A stretch of 64,000 bases of DNA, taken from contig JBFLGF010000082.1 in the NCBI GenBank assembly GCA_050230475.1, positions 1-64,000 of the forward strand, written 5' to 3'. How positions within the stretch are numbered: the stretch's first letter is position 1; each line of letters begins with the position of its first letter. The DNA is from Ancylonema sp. Lineage: Eukaryota. Shown here one piece after another: positions 25,135 through 37,051 of the stretch. The notes below the pieces were generated by a model. The model saw nothing but the letters and a program-made list of their open reading frames with translations, was not told the origin of the DNA and ran no database searches. The position numbers were made by a program, and so were the translations under genes.

Positions 25135-28100
25135 AGATTACTTGGCCATCCGAAAGCAGTCCTGGGCGCATACTTTTCCCCTTGTCTACCCTTGTCAGCA
25201 CCTATCTTTAGGTGTTGGACCAGACATCCGAACGTGTGGCTATCATGCTGACGTATCTTGGACCCTTTCCAGACCTCTATCAGTATTCTGCCCTGCACTC
25301 TTGCTGTTGGTGTCCTGTTTCTAAGCCAGTTAGAGTGAAGCAGCGCAACATCCCAGTATGACCTAGGCAGTTTTGACCAGAACAGCAAACACCTCATCTT
25401 CTCAAGCAACGTCCTGTTCAACCTCTCACAAATTCCGTTCTGCTCTGGACTATACGGAGCTATCAGTTCATGACGGATACCCTTGACCTCGGTAAACTCC
25501 TTCCACTCAGCAGACGTATACTCCCCCCCACCGTCAGTCCTTATCGACCTGAGCGGTAACCTTGACTCAACCTCTAGGACCTTGATCATCCCCTTCGACT
25601 TCTCTAACGCCTCACCCTTATGTTTGAGCAAGGAGATAAAAGACAGTCGGCATCCCACCTCTATCCCTATCTGGAAATAAGTGTACCCCCCGTGTGCTGA
25701 CTTGACAGCTGACGATCCGACCAGATCTAGATGCACCCTAGACATCTTCGGTACCTGACTGACGTCTTGAATGCCTGACCTATGTGGCTTTTGACTCATA
25801 TTGCCCTAACAGCACACCTCACAGTCCTTGACCTCTAGTTGATCCTCTTGACTCAACCTAGGAATGTCCCCACGTGCGATCACCTCTTGCATCAACTGAT
25901 TGGCAGGGTGACCCAGCCTGTTGTGCCATAGCATGTCGGTGGATAAATTTGCTCTCTGACTTTGACGGTCAAGCAGAGTGATGACATGACCAGATAGCAA
26001 TATCAACCCGCTTCTGTGTTCGGTGAACATCTGCCCATTTTACACCGTCGCGAGTCAGGGAAGGGACACCACCTTTTCCGAGCTTGAACTCAATGTCTCT
26101 AGACTCGTTGAGGCGGATCACGGAGACGAGGGTTGTGTTGAGCGAGGGGACGTGGAGGGCTTGCAGGTTCACGATAAAACTAGATTCCCCGTTGTTCACC
26201 CTGATTGGCACCACACCAGTCCCCTCCACCGTGTGCGGCTGTCCGTCTGACGTGTAGACAAAGGATCTAGCCAGCGACACGCCCTTGGTGTACTCCGTGA
26301 AGTGCTCACGATCATGGAAGACAGTGTCCGTTGCTCTTGTATCAAGGATGAGAGACATCAGGACCAAGAGCATAAGCTGCTGACAGGTTAGATGTCATTG
26401 ACATAGCGTCCCTAGCCAACATCCAATGCTTGAGATGCAAGATCGTCATGAGAAGATTTCATTTTGGCCATGAATTTGGCATGGGCAGCGGTGTCATCCT
26501 TTTTCTTCCGGCACACATCCTCGGTGTGTCCGTCCTTCTTGCACCAATTGCACTTGGCACCCCCATTCTGCTTCCTCGCGCCATAAGGCTGCGCGCCACC
26601 GTTCTGCTGGCCGCCATAGTGCTGCTGGCCGCCATACTGCTGACCTCCACCTTGTTGTCTTGGTGGGTCTCGACACTCGTACTTTAGGTGGCCGGCACGT
26701 CCGCAGTTGTGGCACTTCTTTGGCCCCTTGTTGCTCGATCCCCGCAAGACAGTTCGCTCGCAGATGCCCGTACTGCTGGCAGCCGTGACACTGGATGCCG
26801 CGAAGGTCTCGTACGCCGCTACCGCCACCCCCATCATATGTGCCACCGGACCTTGCCCCAGCTGACGCACGAATCAACCGACTTTCCGTTGATGTCAGCT
26901 CGGACGTCGTTTTGTATCATCGAAGACACGATATCATCGAAGACACGATGTCGTTGATGTTGTAGAGCGCTGGCGCAGTCCTTGACCAGAGTTGGAAGGA
27001 GCTGACATTGGCAGAGTAGTAGGTGTTGAGGGAGTTGAGGAAGGTTGTCGCTTGCTCGGATGTAGTCATCTCTCGACCTAGGCCATCAAGATCTTCAAAG
27101 ATGTCCTGCAGTCGCTTAACATAGACATCCAGCGTCTCAGCTTCCGACATGACAATTGCTGAAAGCTTTGCAGTATTCAATCTCTCCCTGCCTCACATAA
27201 TGACTCTCCAAAGCATCCCACATCTCATGCGCATATCTACATTTCCTGACATGTGTTTGTTCGGATGGGCCGAGATATTTTACAATATACGCTCGAGCCT
27301 CAAGGTCACGTTCAACCCAATTAGCAATTTCTAGTGCCTTGGCATCAATCATTCGCTCACGATTTGCAATAGCAATCACCCTAGCAGCTCTAGCAGGTAG
27401 GGCGTCGAGCGCTGCCTGTGTCAGGGCAGGCGTTGGCCGAGGTTCTCTCGCCAGCCCGTCGAACTCCATGACGATGCGGTGCAGCTTCCACCAACCCATA
27501 CTGACATTTGAATGTCCAACTTCTGTAAGAAGCTTCAGTAAACTGGGAGATGTTGCACTTGTCTGAAATGCCTGCGGTGTTAGCAAAACAGAGCTCTCAA
27601 CTTCCACAGGTAAATTTCCCGGCAACGTAATTCACAATTACTTGCCCACACAGCAACCATTTCCGAACCCAGTAATAAGCCCTTAACAAGCGGCACAATT
27701 TACCGTTCGTAGCGCAGTAGTCACGTGGACCCTTTAGGTGTCGACCCGCACAGAGTCTCTTCCTAGACAGCCTCTGGGCCCATAACCTGTAAGTTTTAGT
27801 GATGATGAGTGGTACTATCCGCAACAAATGATACGTCTCGCGGTGGATCAATCGTATGGCAATTTTGTCTCTTGGAATAGTTAATCATAAAATTGTGATC
27901 GTCGGGGTGATATACCCCAACGATCGTACAACACGGATCTCAATTCTAACGGTCGGCGGTCGGAACTATTGACCGCCGCCCGATCATAAGATCGCTACAC
28001 ACGAGTTCATCGGCACTATCGCCGGACTGAACTGACACACTATATTCTAGCCAATACTAGCGTGCCACCGCCCTAGGTACATTCTGACAAACTGCACCTA

Positions 28101-28277
28101 GATTGTAACGACAACAATTATGGCACACCGCCGGGTGTGCCAAGACGGTTGGATGCCCGGGTGTGGTACCGGCTCCTTAACTAGACAATAGGACTTGGTA
28201 CCTAATATGCTAAACTTTAGGCTAAGTCCGGACTAGACCAAACAAGGTATGCCTATCCGATACTTCAAATCCTAACA
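25135..28277 (-). mobile_element. Ty1/copia LTR retrotransposon, 5' half only
   Basis: 5' LTR 28277-27788 (TGT...ACA). PBS GGTTATGGGCCCAG at 27774-27787. Gag with CCHC knuckles, protease LILDTRATD, GAG-pre-integrase LWHNRLGHP, integrase IRTDGGGEY...PYSPEQNGICERLNRTL. Ends before RT and has frameshifts. Confidence 0.92.
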
Positions 28278-29641
28278 TATTCTAGTCAGCACCTAACGAT
28301 ACCGTTGGGTTTTGAGACATCGGCTCGATGAGCTCTCGATAAGTCCGCGGGGCAGCCAGGAGATAGGGACCCTGTGCTGACTTGTTACGTGCCAAAATCG
28401 AAAGGCTCTTAAAAAAAACTCGGCTGAGTTATCAAGAGGCCAAAGCGAGGCATACACATAATGTTGACAACCGCAGAAAAGTTGTGGATGCATCTTCTGT
28501 TGGGAGTAGTGTTCTTCTGTCTACTAAGAAGGCACTCTATCAACATCCTGGCCCAATACGCTTTGGCTCAAGTTTATTGTTCCGTTAAGGTGTTGAAAAG
28601 TATCGGTGAAGTGCTTACTGATTGGAGCCGTTGGTGCATCTTGGATTCACAGCGTTCATGTGAATTCATTTCGCAAGTTTGTAGCGGGCAGGTCGGTGGT
28701 TCCGACCCCGGTGCCCGTGGATGCCAATATTGAGTATGAAAATCGAAAAGCTCCTCGATTCTCAAAAACTCAAAGTCGGTCGTGGGAATCGACGAAAGTG
28801 TCTGGCCAAGTGGGTGGATTATGGTACTTTACATGACACTTGGGAACCACTGGTAGTCATAATAAAATCAGCCCCGCTGATAATGACGAGAATACCTGGC
28901 GCGACAAAAGGGCTTGTCGGTTGCTAAGGACGGAAGTTGGCTGTGTCAAGCGAACAACCGAAATGATTATTCCTGATGGTACAGTCACGTTTTGACTGGG
29001 GAAAACGATTTACGTCCAAGTAACTTATATGCCGATGCGGACATCGACCTCTTAAGGGGGGGCGAGTGTAACGGAGTGACGTGCGCGTTTGTGCATTATC
29101 TCTAATAATCCGCAATTAAGCTAATTGTCGATTGTACTTATAAGCCAGGTTGCTTATAATGGGTCGCCAGCCCGAGGCCAGCGCCCCTAATTTGAGTATT
29201 ATTAACACTGGCGCGAGGTTGCGCCAATTAATACTTGTACGAATATTGAACCGGCATTTCGACGGGTCGAAATACCAGTCCACATGTACGGTGTAACCGT
29301 GCCGGACGAACTGACAGTGACGTATGGTCAGCGGTCAACGTGAGGCTAGGAGCCCGCATTGGCGAACACAACTAGGAGGTTGACAAGCGGCTTGGGCAAC
29401 TACTGTCATCTGAGGGGGTGTCACGCCCTCAACTAATCAGAGTCTGAGCTCGGTTCATCCGAGGACTCTCGCCTTAGTATACTCACGCCGAGGCTGCGGA
29501 GCTTCACTTCTACTAGTTGTTGATGTGAATAAGCTTCTAGTTGGTGCAGACCTCGGACACAGCGTGACGCGACGTTCAAGTCGTCGGTATATTTAGCTTA
29601 TGTGTATAACAAGTGTATTGCCCGCGGGGCGATACCTTTCA
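28278..29641 (+). mobile_element. Ty3/gypsy chromovirus, 3' half (integrase C-terminus, chromodomain, PPT, 3' LTR)
   Basis: VGSSVLLSTK...IHSVHVNSFRKF. Chromodomain IEKLLDS...[35 protein letters not shown] 29067-29641 (TG...CA) followed by TAGAT. Confidence 0.9.
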
Positions 29642-30541
29642 TAGATCATGTACATTTTTTAAAAAATATTCAAATCTGACAAGTATTAAAAAATTTATAA
29701 CACTAAGTACGTGTGCCATCTTTACTCGTGTAATATTATTTTGTGTATCTCAAGTTGTGTTTTTTTATTTTTTATTTTTATCGCATACCACGCCACGTCA
29801 CGGAGTCGAATTCATGGGTGACATTAGATAATGTTGGACTAGTGGCGTATGGTGCACTTTGTGCAAGAAGTCGGTTTTGAACAACACCAACCATATCTCC
29901 GCATCACGGCAAATTTTTTTTGTGTATTTTGGCCTATGGCCTCGCCCCGCAAATTTCGCCCCGCTTTCCGCCCCGGGCGATACTGCCTCGAGCGAAGCCC
30001 CGGACGAAAAAAAAGTCGCCCGGGGCGGGGCTAACTAGGTATCGAACACAGGGATGGCAATTTAGGCCCTAAATTGCCCCCTGGGGGGTTATTAACTTAA
30101 AAATCCTAATTAGGGGCTGGACCTGAATTGCTAAATTGCTAAGACAGACATGTTTTTTGGATCCTTTGATAGTTTTGAACACAGTTTTGTGCCCCTAAAA
30201 ACTATCCATTCCAATGTATTGATGTGTTTGAAGCATTAATTCCAAATTATTATACAAAACGGTACTCTCCACGTTTGAAAGGGCCCACATGCAACGACAT
30301 TCACTAAGTCATGCATGTTTCATCTCCTACATCACACGGGTAAAGAGAAACGTTTTGTTTTCCCAATACATATTTGAGCGTGTTTGTGGGCGTGTATGGA
30401 GAAATCAGTATTGTTGTCTAAAACTAAAGAAAAAAACAAAGTCGAAGTGACAAACAAAAACAATCGCTCGTTGCGAAGTCACTTTATGATGTATCCATTG
30501 CCGCATTATCTTTCCAATATTGGCACTTCCTTTCTAGTCTA

Positions 30542-33500
30542 TGTAGGAATTATATCGGATAGCCATGTTTGCTAGCGTGCTAGTCCGGACTGCCGGTTGG
30601 TGTACCGGATTGCCGGTTAGTGTAACCGGTAGGGTTCCTCGGTTGTGCTTATAATGAGGGGCCGGACTTCTGTCCGGACACCCGAATCTGACGTTTCGAT
30701 TGTGCCGTTTGTAGCACGTGCGGTCTAGATGGTTCCGAATCTAGACGTTGCGTGTGCCGTTGACAGGATCTGACTGTTGTTGAGTTATGATAGGCCGACG
30801 GTCGCAGACACGACCGTCGGCAACGCTTAGATTCATGTTGTGGACGAGGCATCGTGGTATACCTACACGATGCCGACCATTCAAGATTATTCTTCACTAC
30901 ACTTTGTCATTGATCACTTCTGAGAGACGGTTTGTACGGGAATCACTGCCTCACACCGATCACGACATCCCTAAAAGGTTATGGGCCCACAAGCGGTCTA
31001 GTTAAAGACGTTGTGTCAATAACTACAGCATTCCACGCGATACGCTGCTAAAGGCACTCTGTGGTAGAGGTTATTAAGTACTGCACGTAATCCTTCGATT
31101 GCGCTGCCAGTGACTGAGGTGTGAGTAGCGCTGCACGAAACGCTCAAGAAAGCAGCTGAGAGCTGAGCACCAAGAATTTTAGGTGTTGCCTAACATGACG
31201 GAAAAGTCATACATTCCGGTCTTCACAGGAGCAGACTACAAAGGGTGGGCATTTAAGATCAAGTTTGGTCTGGCAGACAAGGAGCTGCACGACATTGTTA
31301 TGGATTGGGGAAAATCGCCGAGGCAAGAAGAGCCTGCCGTGTTTCTACCACATACGCAGGATGAGCTCGATACGCTGGAGGCTGCGGACGTCGCTAGAAC
31401 GATCACAGCACGCACCCAGCTCATCGGTCGACAGACTCTCCATCGAGAGGTCTGGTCGAAGAAGAACATCGCTGCGATGGCCTACAGCGTCAAAAGCACC
31501 TCCAGACGGGGGAGCTGACGCATGTGAGGAACTGCGCGACTGCTGCAGAGATGTGGGAGGCCCTGAAGTCTTTCTACGACATTCAGGGAGCCACGAAATT
31601 GCCAACGCTGAAGTTGAGCTCACGGCAATTATCATGGGGAGAAGAAGCGGAGGAGCTGAGCGATTACGTCAAGCGACTTCAGGAGCTGCACGATCGGCTG
31701 GGGCATCTGGGGGAGGAGCCAGTCAATCCGGCAAAGCAGACGATAAATTTCCTGAATTCCCTGAACACTCGCTACAGCGCACGAGTGGAGAGCGTGATGT
31801 CCTGGGCAGCTGCACCATCACTCTTCACGATCCCTCAGGCCGTCAGCACTCTGTCAGCTGGCGATCGACGGGAGGCCTGCAACGACCGGAAGAGAGGGGC
31901 GCTGCCGGGAGGGCAGCAGGCCAATTTCGTAGGAAGGGGAGGTTACTCGGGCAGCTCCGGAGCTGGCCTAAGTCGACCAGGTGGGATCGGCGGTCCCGGA
32001 AGTCGCGACCTGACTAGAACTCAGTGCTACGGCTGCAACCAGTATGGCCACCTGAAGTCGGACTGCCCCCTACGTCCGCCAATGAGGTGCCACGCCATAA
32101 CCAGACCGCACAGGCTGTCGCAATGCGGCCAGCAACGGCAAGGTGGAGGAGGAAGATCGGCTGGCCAGGGAAGTGGCAGTCCGAAACCTAAGTGCAGATA
32201 CTGTGATAAGCTTGGACACACATTGGCAGAATGTTTGAAGCGTAAATCTGATCTGGCATTGTCTGCACCTGATTCGAATCTCCGTAATCAAGCTCAGGCT
32301 AGACTTGCTGCAAGACCAGACACACCTTTTGATGCCTCTAAATCCTTAGCTTATGCAGCATTCTCATCTGACGCACGGATTGCGATGGCAGTTGGAACTG
32401 ATTGTTCGCATCTGTGGCTTGATTCAGGCTCGACCGATCACGTCTTCGTAAACCGAGACCACTTCGTCGAGTACGACACCAACGGTCCCAATGCAGCATT
32501 CTTTTCATCCACACGGCTGACGGCACGCCCCACAAAGGACGAGGGGACAGGCTTCGTGCACGTGAAAGTGAAGAACGACGACTCCCTCTTTCGTCGTCCC
32601 TCCTCGGCGGCTCTGCACGTCCCTACAGTCGCTGCGACCCTGGTGTCCACCGACTGCCTCGTCCAAGAGACAGGTGGGCTGAGCTTTGCCCAGACACCAC
32701 ATGGCCCCAAACTGACTAAACGAATGGACTGAAATGGGCTGATGTCAGCAGGCAGAGGAATGGTCTGTCGTTGCTGCATGCATTCTATCATCATGGCTGG
32801 TTCTTCTGGTCTGCAAGCTAATCTGTCCATCGGCATGCTCTGGCATGGCAAACTGGTTCACCCTGGTATACCAGCCATGTCAGACATGGCCAGAGTGGTG
32901 ATATACCGAGACTAGACTGAATCAGGAAGAGTTGACTGAGGTCAGGGATTGTGAGATCTGTTGTATGGGGAAAATGGGACAGAAGGGGCATGCTATGGCT
33001 AGCGTGGATGTGGCCACTATGCCGAAAATGGGAAGGTTGCATCTAGATCTGATAGGTCCGTTTGGTGTTAAGTCAATGCACGGAGGGTTTGACTACGCAC
33101 AGACAAGAGGTCAACACTAGACTGTCAACAGTATCTCTCCCACAAGAGCGAGGCTCTTAGTCAAACGCGCATCACTGTACAGAAACTTGAAGTTGAGTCA
33201 GGACTGGCGTTGAAGTCTATCAGGACAGATGGGGGGGGTGAATACACAAGTAAAGAGTGGAGAGGCTATTGTGAGGATAAAGGCATCAGACATGAACTGA
33301 CTGCTCCCTACAGCCCTCAACAGAATGGAATGTGTGAAAGGTTGAACGAACATTGATGGAAAAGATGAGGTGTTTGCTGATGTGGTCTAAATTGCCTAAA
33401 TCGTATTGGGATGTGGCACTGATGCACGCAAACTGGTTAAGGAACAGGACCCCCACTAGTTCATTAACAGGGGGGATACCTATTGAGGAGTGGACGGGAC

Positions 33501-36500
33501 GTCAGATAAAAATGGACAGAAGTCACACATTCGGCTGTCCTGGTTCAAATATTTGCTAGTTGGGCATGATAAAAATAAACAAGGGGACAAGTATGCTGCC
33601 AGGACTGCTTTTGGGGTGTATATTGGGCTGGCAGCAGATCAGGCTGGGTACAACATCTTCGACCCGCTCAGAGCCGGCGTGATGGTGCGGACAGACGTCC
33701 GTTTCTTCGAGGAAGTGCCGGGGTACCCGAGACTCATGGGGGGGAGAGCTCCCCAGGTCGAGGCCAAAGCAAATGGACACTTTCTCCAGCTGTTCCCCGA
33801 CACGGATGATGAGCCTAAGGCTGTGGAGGGGTACAAGCAGCAGTAACAGCTCGTTGCAATGCCAGCAGCAGAAGCAGAAGCAGCAGCAGCTCCAGCAGAG
33901 TGCCAGCAGCAGCAGCAGCAGCACACAACGACCCAGGAGCCCAGATCCCAGTATTACAGATTCCGCCACCACCAGCTGCTGAGGTCCCCATCTCTATGGT
34001 TGAGCTGTCTGACAGCCAGTCAGGGATCAACAACGCAAGAGTGGCAGGCGAGGAGGAGGAGGTTCAAGGAGGGGGTGAAGGGGAGGGGCAAGTGGTAAAT
34101 GCTGTGAGCATAGCATAGCTGCATAGCTGAGAGGGTGATGGGGAGAAGGAGGGCAAACTTCGCCCACTTTGAGGATGTCCTCTGATACGATGGGGAGGAG
34201 TTCGACGACCAGGCGCTGGCACCAGCCATTCAAGACGAGGAGTGGGAGGCGACATGCTTCTTCACAGGCTTCAACGGCCCCTCTGACCCTGGATTCTCTA
34301 TGATTGCCACGTCTGCTGACTCCTCCGACCCTCTGACGCTGAAACCAGGCCATGACAAGGCCAGACTGGGACCAGTGGTTAGCTGCTATCCATGAGGAGC
34401 TGAAGAGCTTGGGGGAATTCAACACCTTCGAGGTGTGTGAACTTCCACCAGGTGAAAGGGCTGTCGGGTGCAAATATGTATTCAAAACAAAATACACACC
34501 CACGGGAACCCTTGAACGATATAAAGACTGGTCGCCCAAGGTTTTCTACAACAAGAAGGAGTTGACTATAATGAAATATTCGCACCTGTAGTAGATAGTA
34601 CCTCTATCTCTCTTCTACTAGCGATTGCGAATCAGGAGGGTTGGGGAATTGAACATATGGATGTAGTCACTGCTTTCTTGCACGGAAGACTGACGGAAGA
34701 AGTGTACATGAAAATTCCACCATTTATGGAAATTGAGGGAGGGGCTGAAGGAAAAGTTATGAGAATGAGGGGGGCACTGTACGGACTGAAACAGAGTAGC
34801 AAGGTCTGGGGTGAAATGTTCACAACCTTCATGCTCAGTATAGGGTTCCAAAACACAGTGTATTATGGACACATGCATATACACCAGGGGAACAGGACAG
34901 TCACGGATCATAGTGGGAATACACGTAGATGATCAGGTGATAGTTGGTCCTAAACACCATGGGTCATTAAAGCATTCAAACAGGAACTATCTGGGAAAAT
35001 TCAAAATGAAGGATCTTGGGGCCCTAACCCATATCCTGGGGGGTGGAAGTGAAAAGGGACAGACAACAGGGGGTGCTCACGTTGCATCAGGGAGGGTTCA
35101 TAAAACAGGTTCTGGAACGTTTTGGCATGGCAAACTGTAATCCTACAAATACCCTTACCACCTGGACGCATTTCACCAAGACGATGAACCTCTCACTCCC
35201 CCTACACCTGAACAAATAACTGAGTTCCGGGGAAAAATTGGGTCACTCATTTATGCAATGAAACACACCAAACCGGATATTGCGCATGCACTGGGGGTAC
35301 TGGCAAAACACATGGGGAATCCTGGGACTGCTTCACATCAAATCCTTACACCAACTGTTCAGATATCTAAAGGGTACAGTGGATCACGGAATATGCTACG
35401 TTGAGGCAGAGGAAGTTAGAATCAGGGGGTACTGTGATGCTAGTTGGAACAGCTAGTATGACTGGGAAGTCGGTCACAGGATGGGTCACTACTGTTGGGG
35501 GAACTGCATTAAGCTGGAAGTCACAGAAACAGTCTACAGTCGCACAGAGTACAGCAGAGGCGAGGCTGAATATATTGCTGCCGCCTGTAGTGTGTCTAAG
35601 GAATGCTGTTACCTGAAGTCGCTCCTGCATGAGCTCAAACTCCCTAATGAAATTATAGTTTAGAGTGACTCAACTGCTGTACTCTCAATGATCCAGAACC
35701 CAGTCCAGCGCTAGAAGGCCAAGCACTTCAATGTGGTATACCACTGGGTGAGAGAGTGCCACAGAACTGGCAGGCTGAAGTATATGTATCTGGCAAGGGC
35801 CAACCGATATGTTCACTAAGGCTCTTCCACAGGTCTTACTTGACAGACACGGAAAGTCGATAGGTTTTGGGAGGGTTAACTGAAATGGGGGTGCACATTA
35901 GGTTCTAGGGGATTTTCGGCTGCCATGCTGTGTTCGGCAGGGGGTGTATGTTCTGTTATTATTCTTGCAGAATGCACCTGTGGAGGGCTCTCAACGCTCG
36001 TCTATCCAGCTAAGTCACCCTACTCCTTTTTCTGCCCTGAAAACACTCGAGGACACCTGAAAAGTTGCAGACTGCTTGCATCTAGAGTTGTCAGTTGTTC
36101 ATGAATTCTGGCATATGTGTTGCCATTCATATTACAAATGTTGGGTCAAAATATCGTTTGATTTGGTGAAGTATTGAGAAAGTTATGAAGTTTTAAGAAA
36201 ATGGTGAAGTTCTGAGAAAGTTGTGAAGTTTTGCATATTTTCAAGTTATTCGGAGAAAACTACAGAAGTTTGACTTGTTATCATCTTTGTATTGCCCTAA
36301 CTTGTGGTATTTGTTTGTATGTTCAGGGCTCCGGCCCGAAAAACGACTAAGGATCTGGAGCGATCGTCTTCTGGAGTTCCGATCGGCTTCCCGATCGTCT
36401 TCCGATCGTCTTCCGATCGTCTTCCGATCGGCTGTGATTTTTGATAAATGCCTCTAGCACATTGATATGCTAGAGAAGAAGACCCTACTATTCCATGGGC

Positions 36501-37051
36501 TATGCAATGGTCTTGCCATGACTTAGCTCTTGAGAGGGTGGCCTTCGGTGCTGACTTAATGCCAAACTTGGGGCATCCGAGGGGGTGTGTAGGAATTATA
36601 TCGGATAGAATCGGATAGCCATGTTTGCTAGCGTGCTAGTCCGGACTGCCGGTTAGTGTAACCGGTAGTGTTCCTAGGTTGTGCTTATACTGAGGGGCCG
36701 GACTTATGACCGGACACCCGAATATGACGTTTCGCTTGTGCCGTTTGTAGCACGAGCGGTCTAGATGGTTCCGAATCTAGACGTTATGTTTTGTCAGACT
36801 GTCCGGCGTGTGCCGTTGACAGGATCTGACTGAGTTCTGATAGGCCGACGGTTCGGAGACACGACCGTCGGCACGCTTTGTAGATTCACGTTGTGGACGA
36901 GGCATCGTGGTATACCTACACGATGCCGACCATTCATTCTTCCAACACAATACTTGTCATTGATCATTCTTGGAGCTTTTTGAGAGACGTAAGTTCCTTG
37001 TACGGAAAGAATCACACTGCCTTGCACACCAATCACGTAACATCCCTAAAA
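30542..37051 (+). mobile_element. Full-length but decayed Ty1/copia LTR retrotransposon
   Basis: LTRs 30542-30976 and 36588-37051 with TSD GTCTA. PBS GGTTATGGGCCCA at 30977. PPT GAGGGGGTG. Domain order gag, protease (WLDSGSTDH), integrase, RT (MDVVTAFLHG, ALYGLKQS, HVDD), RNase H (SWKSQKQSTVAQSTAE). Many frameshifts and stops. Confidence 0.95.
36360..36431 (+). repeat. 11-bp tandem repeat (CCGATCGTCTT)n in the copia 3' UTR
   Basis: About 5 imperfect copies seen directly. Confidence 0.8.

Noticed and set aside
33836..33925. CAG-repeat / poly-Gln ORFs
   Set aside because: Low-complexity linker between copia integrase and RT.
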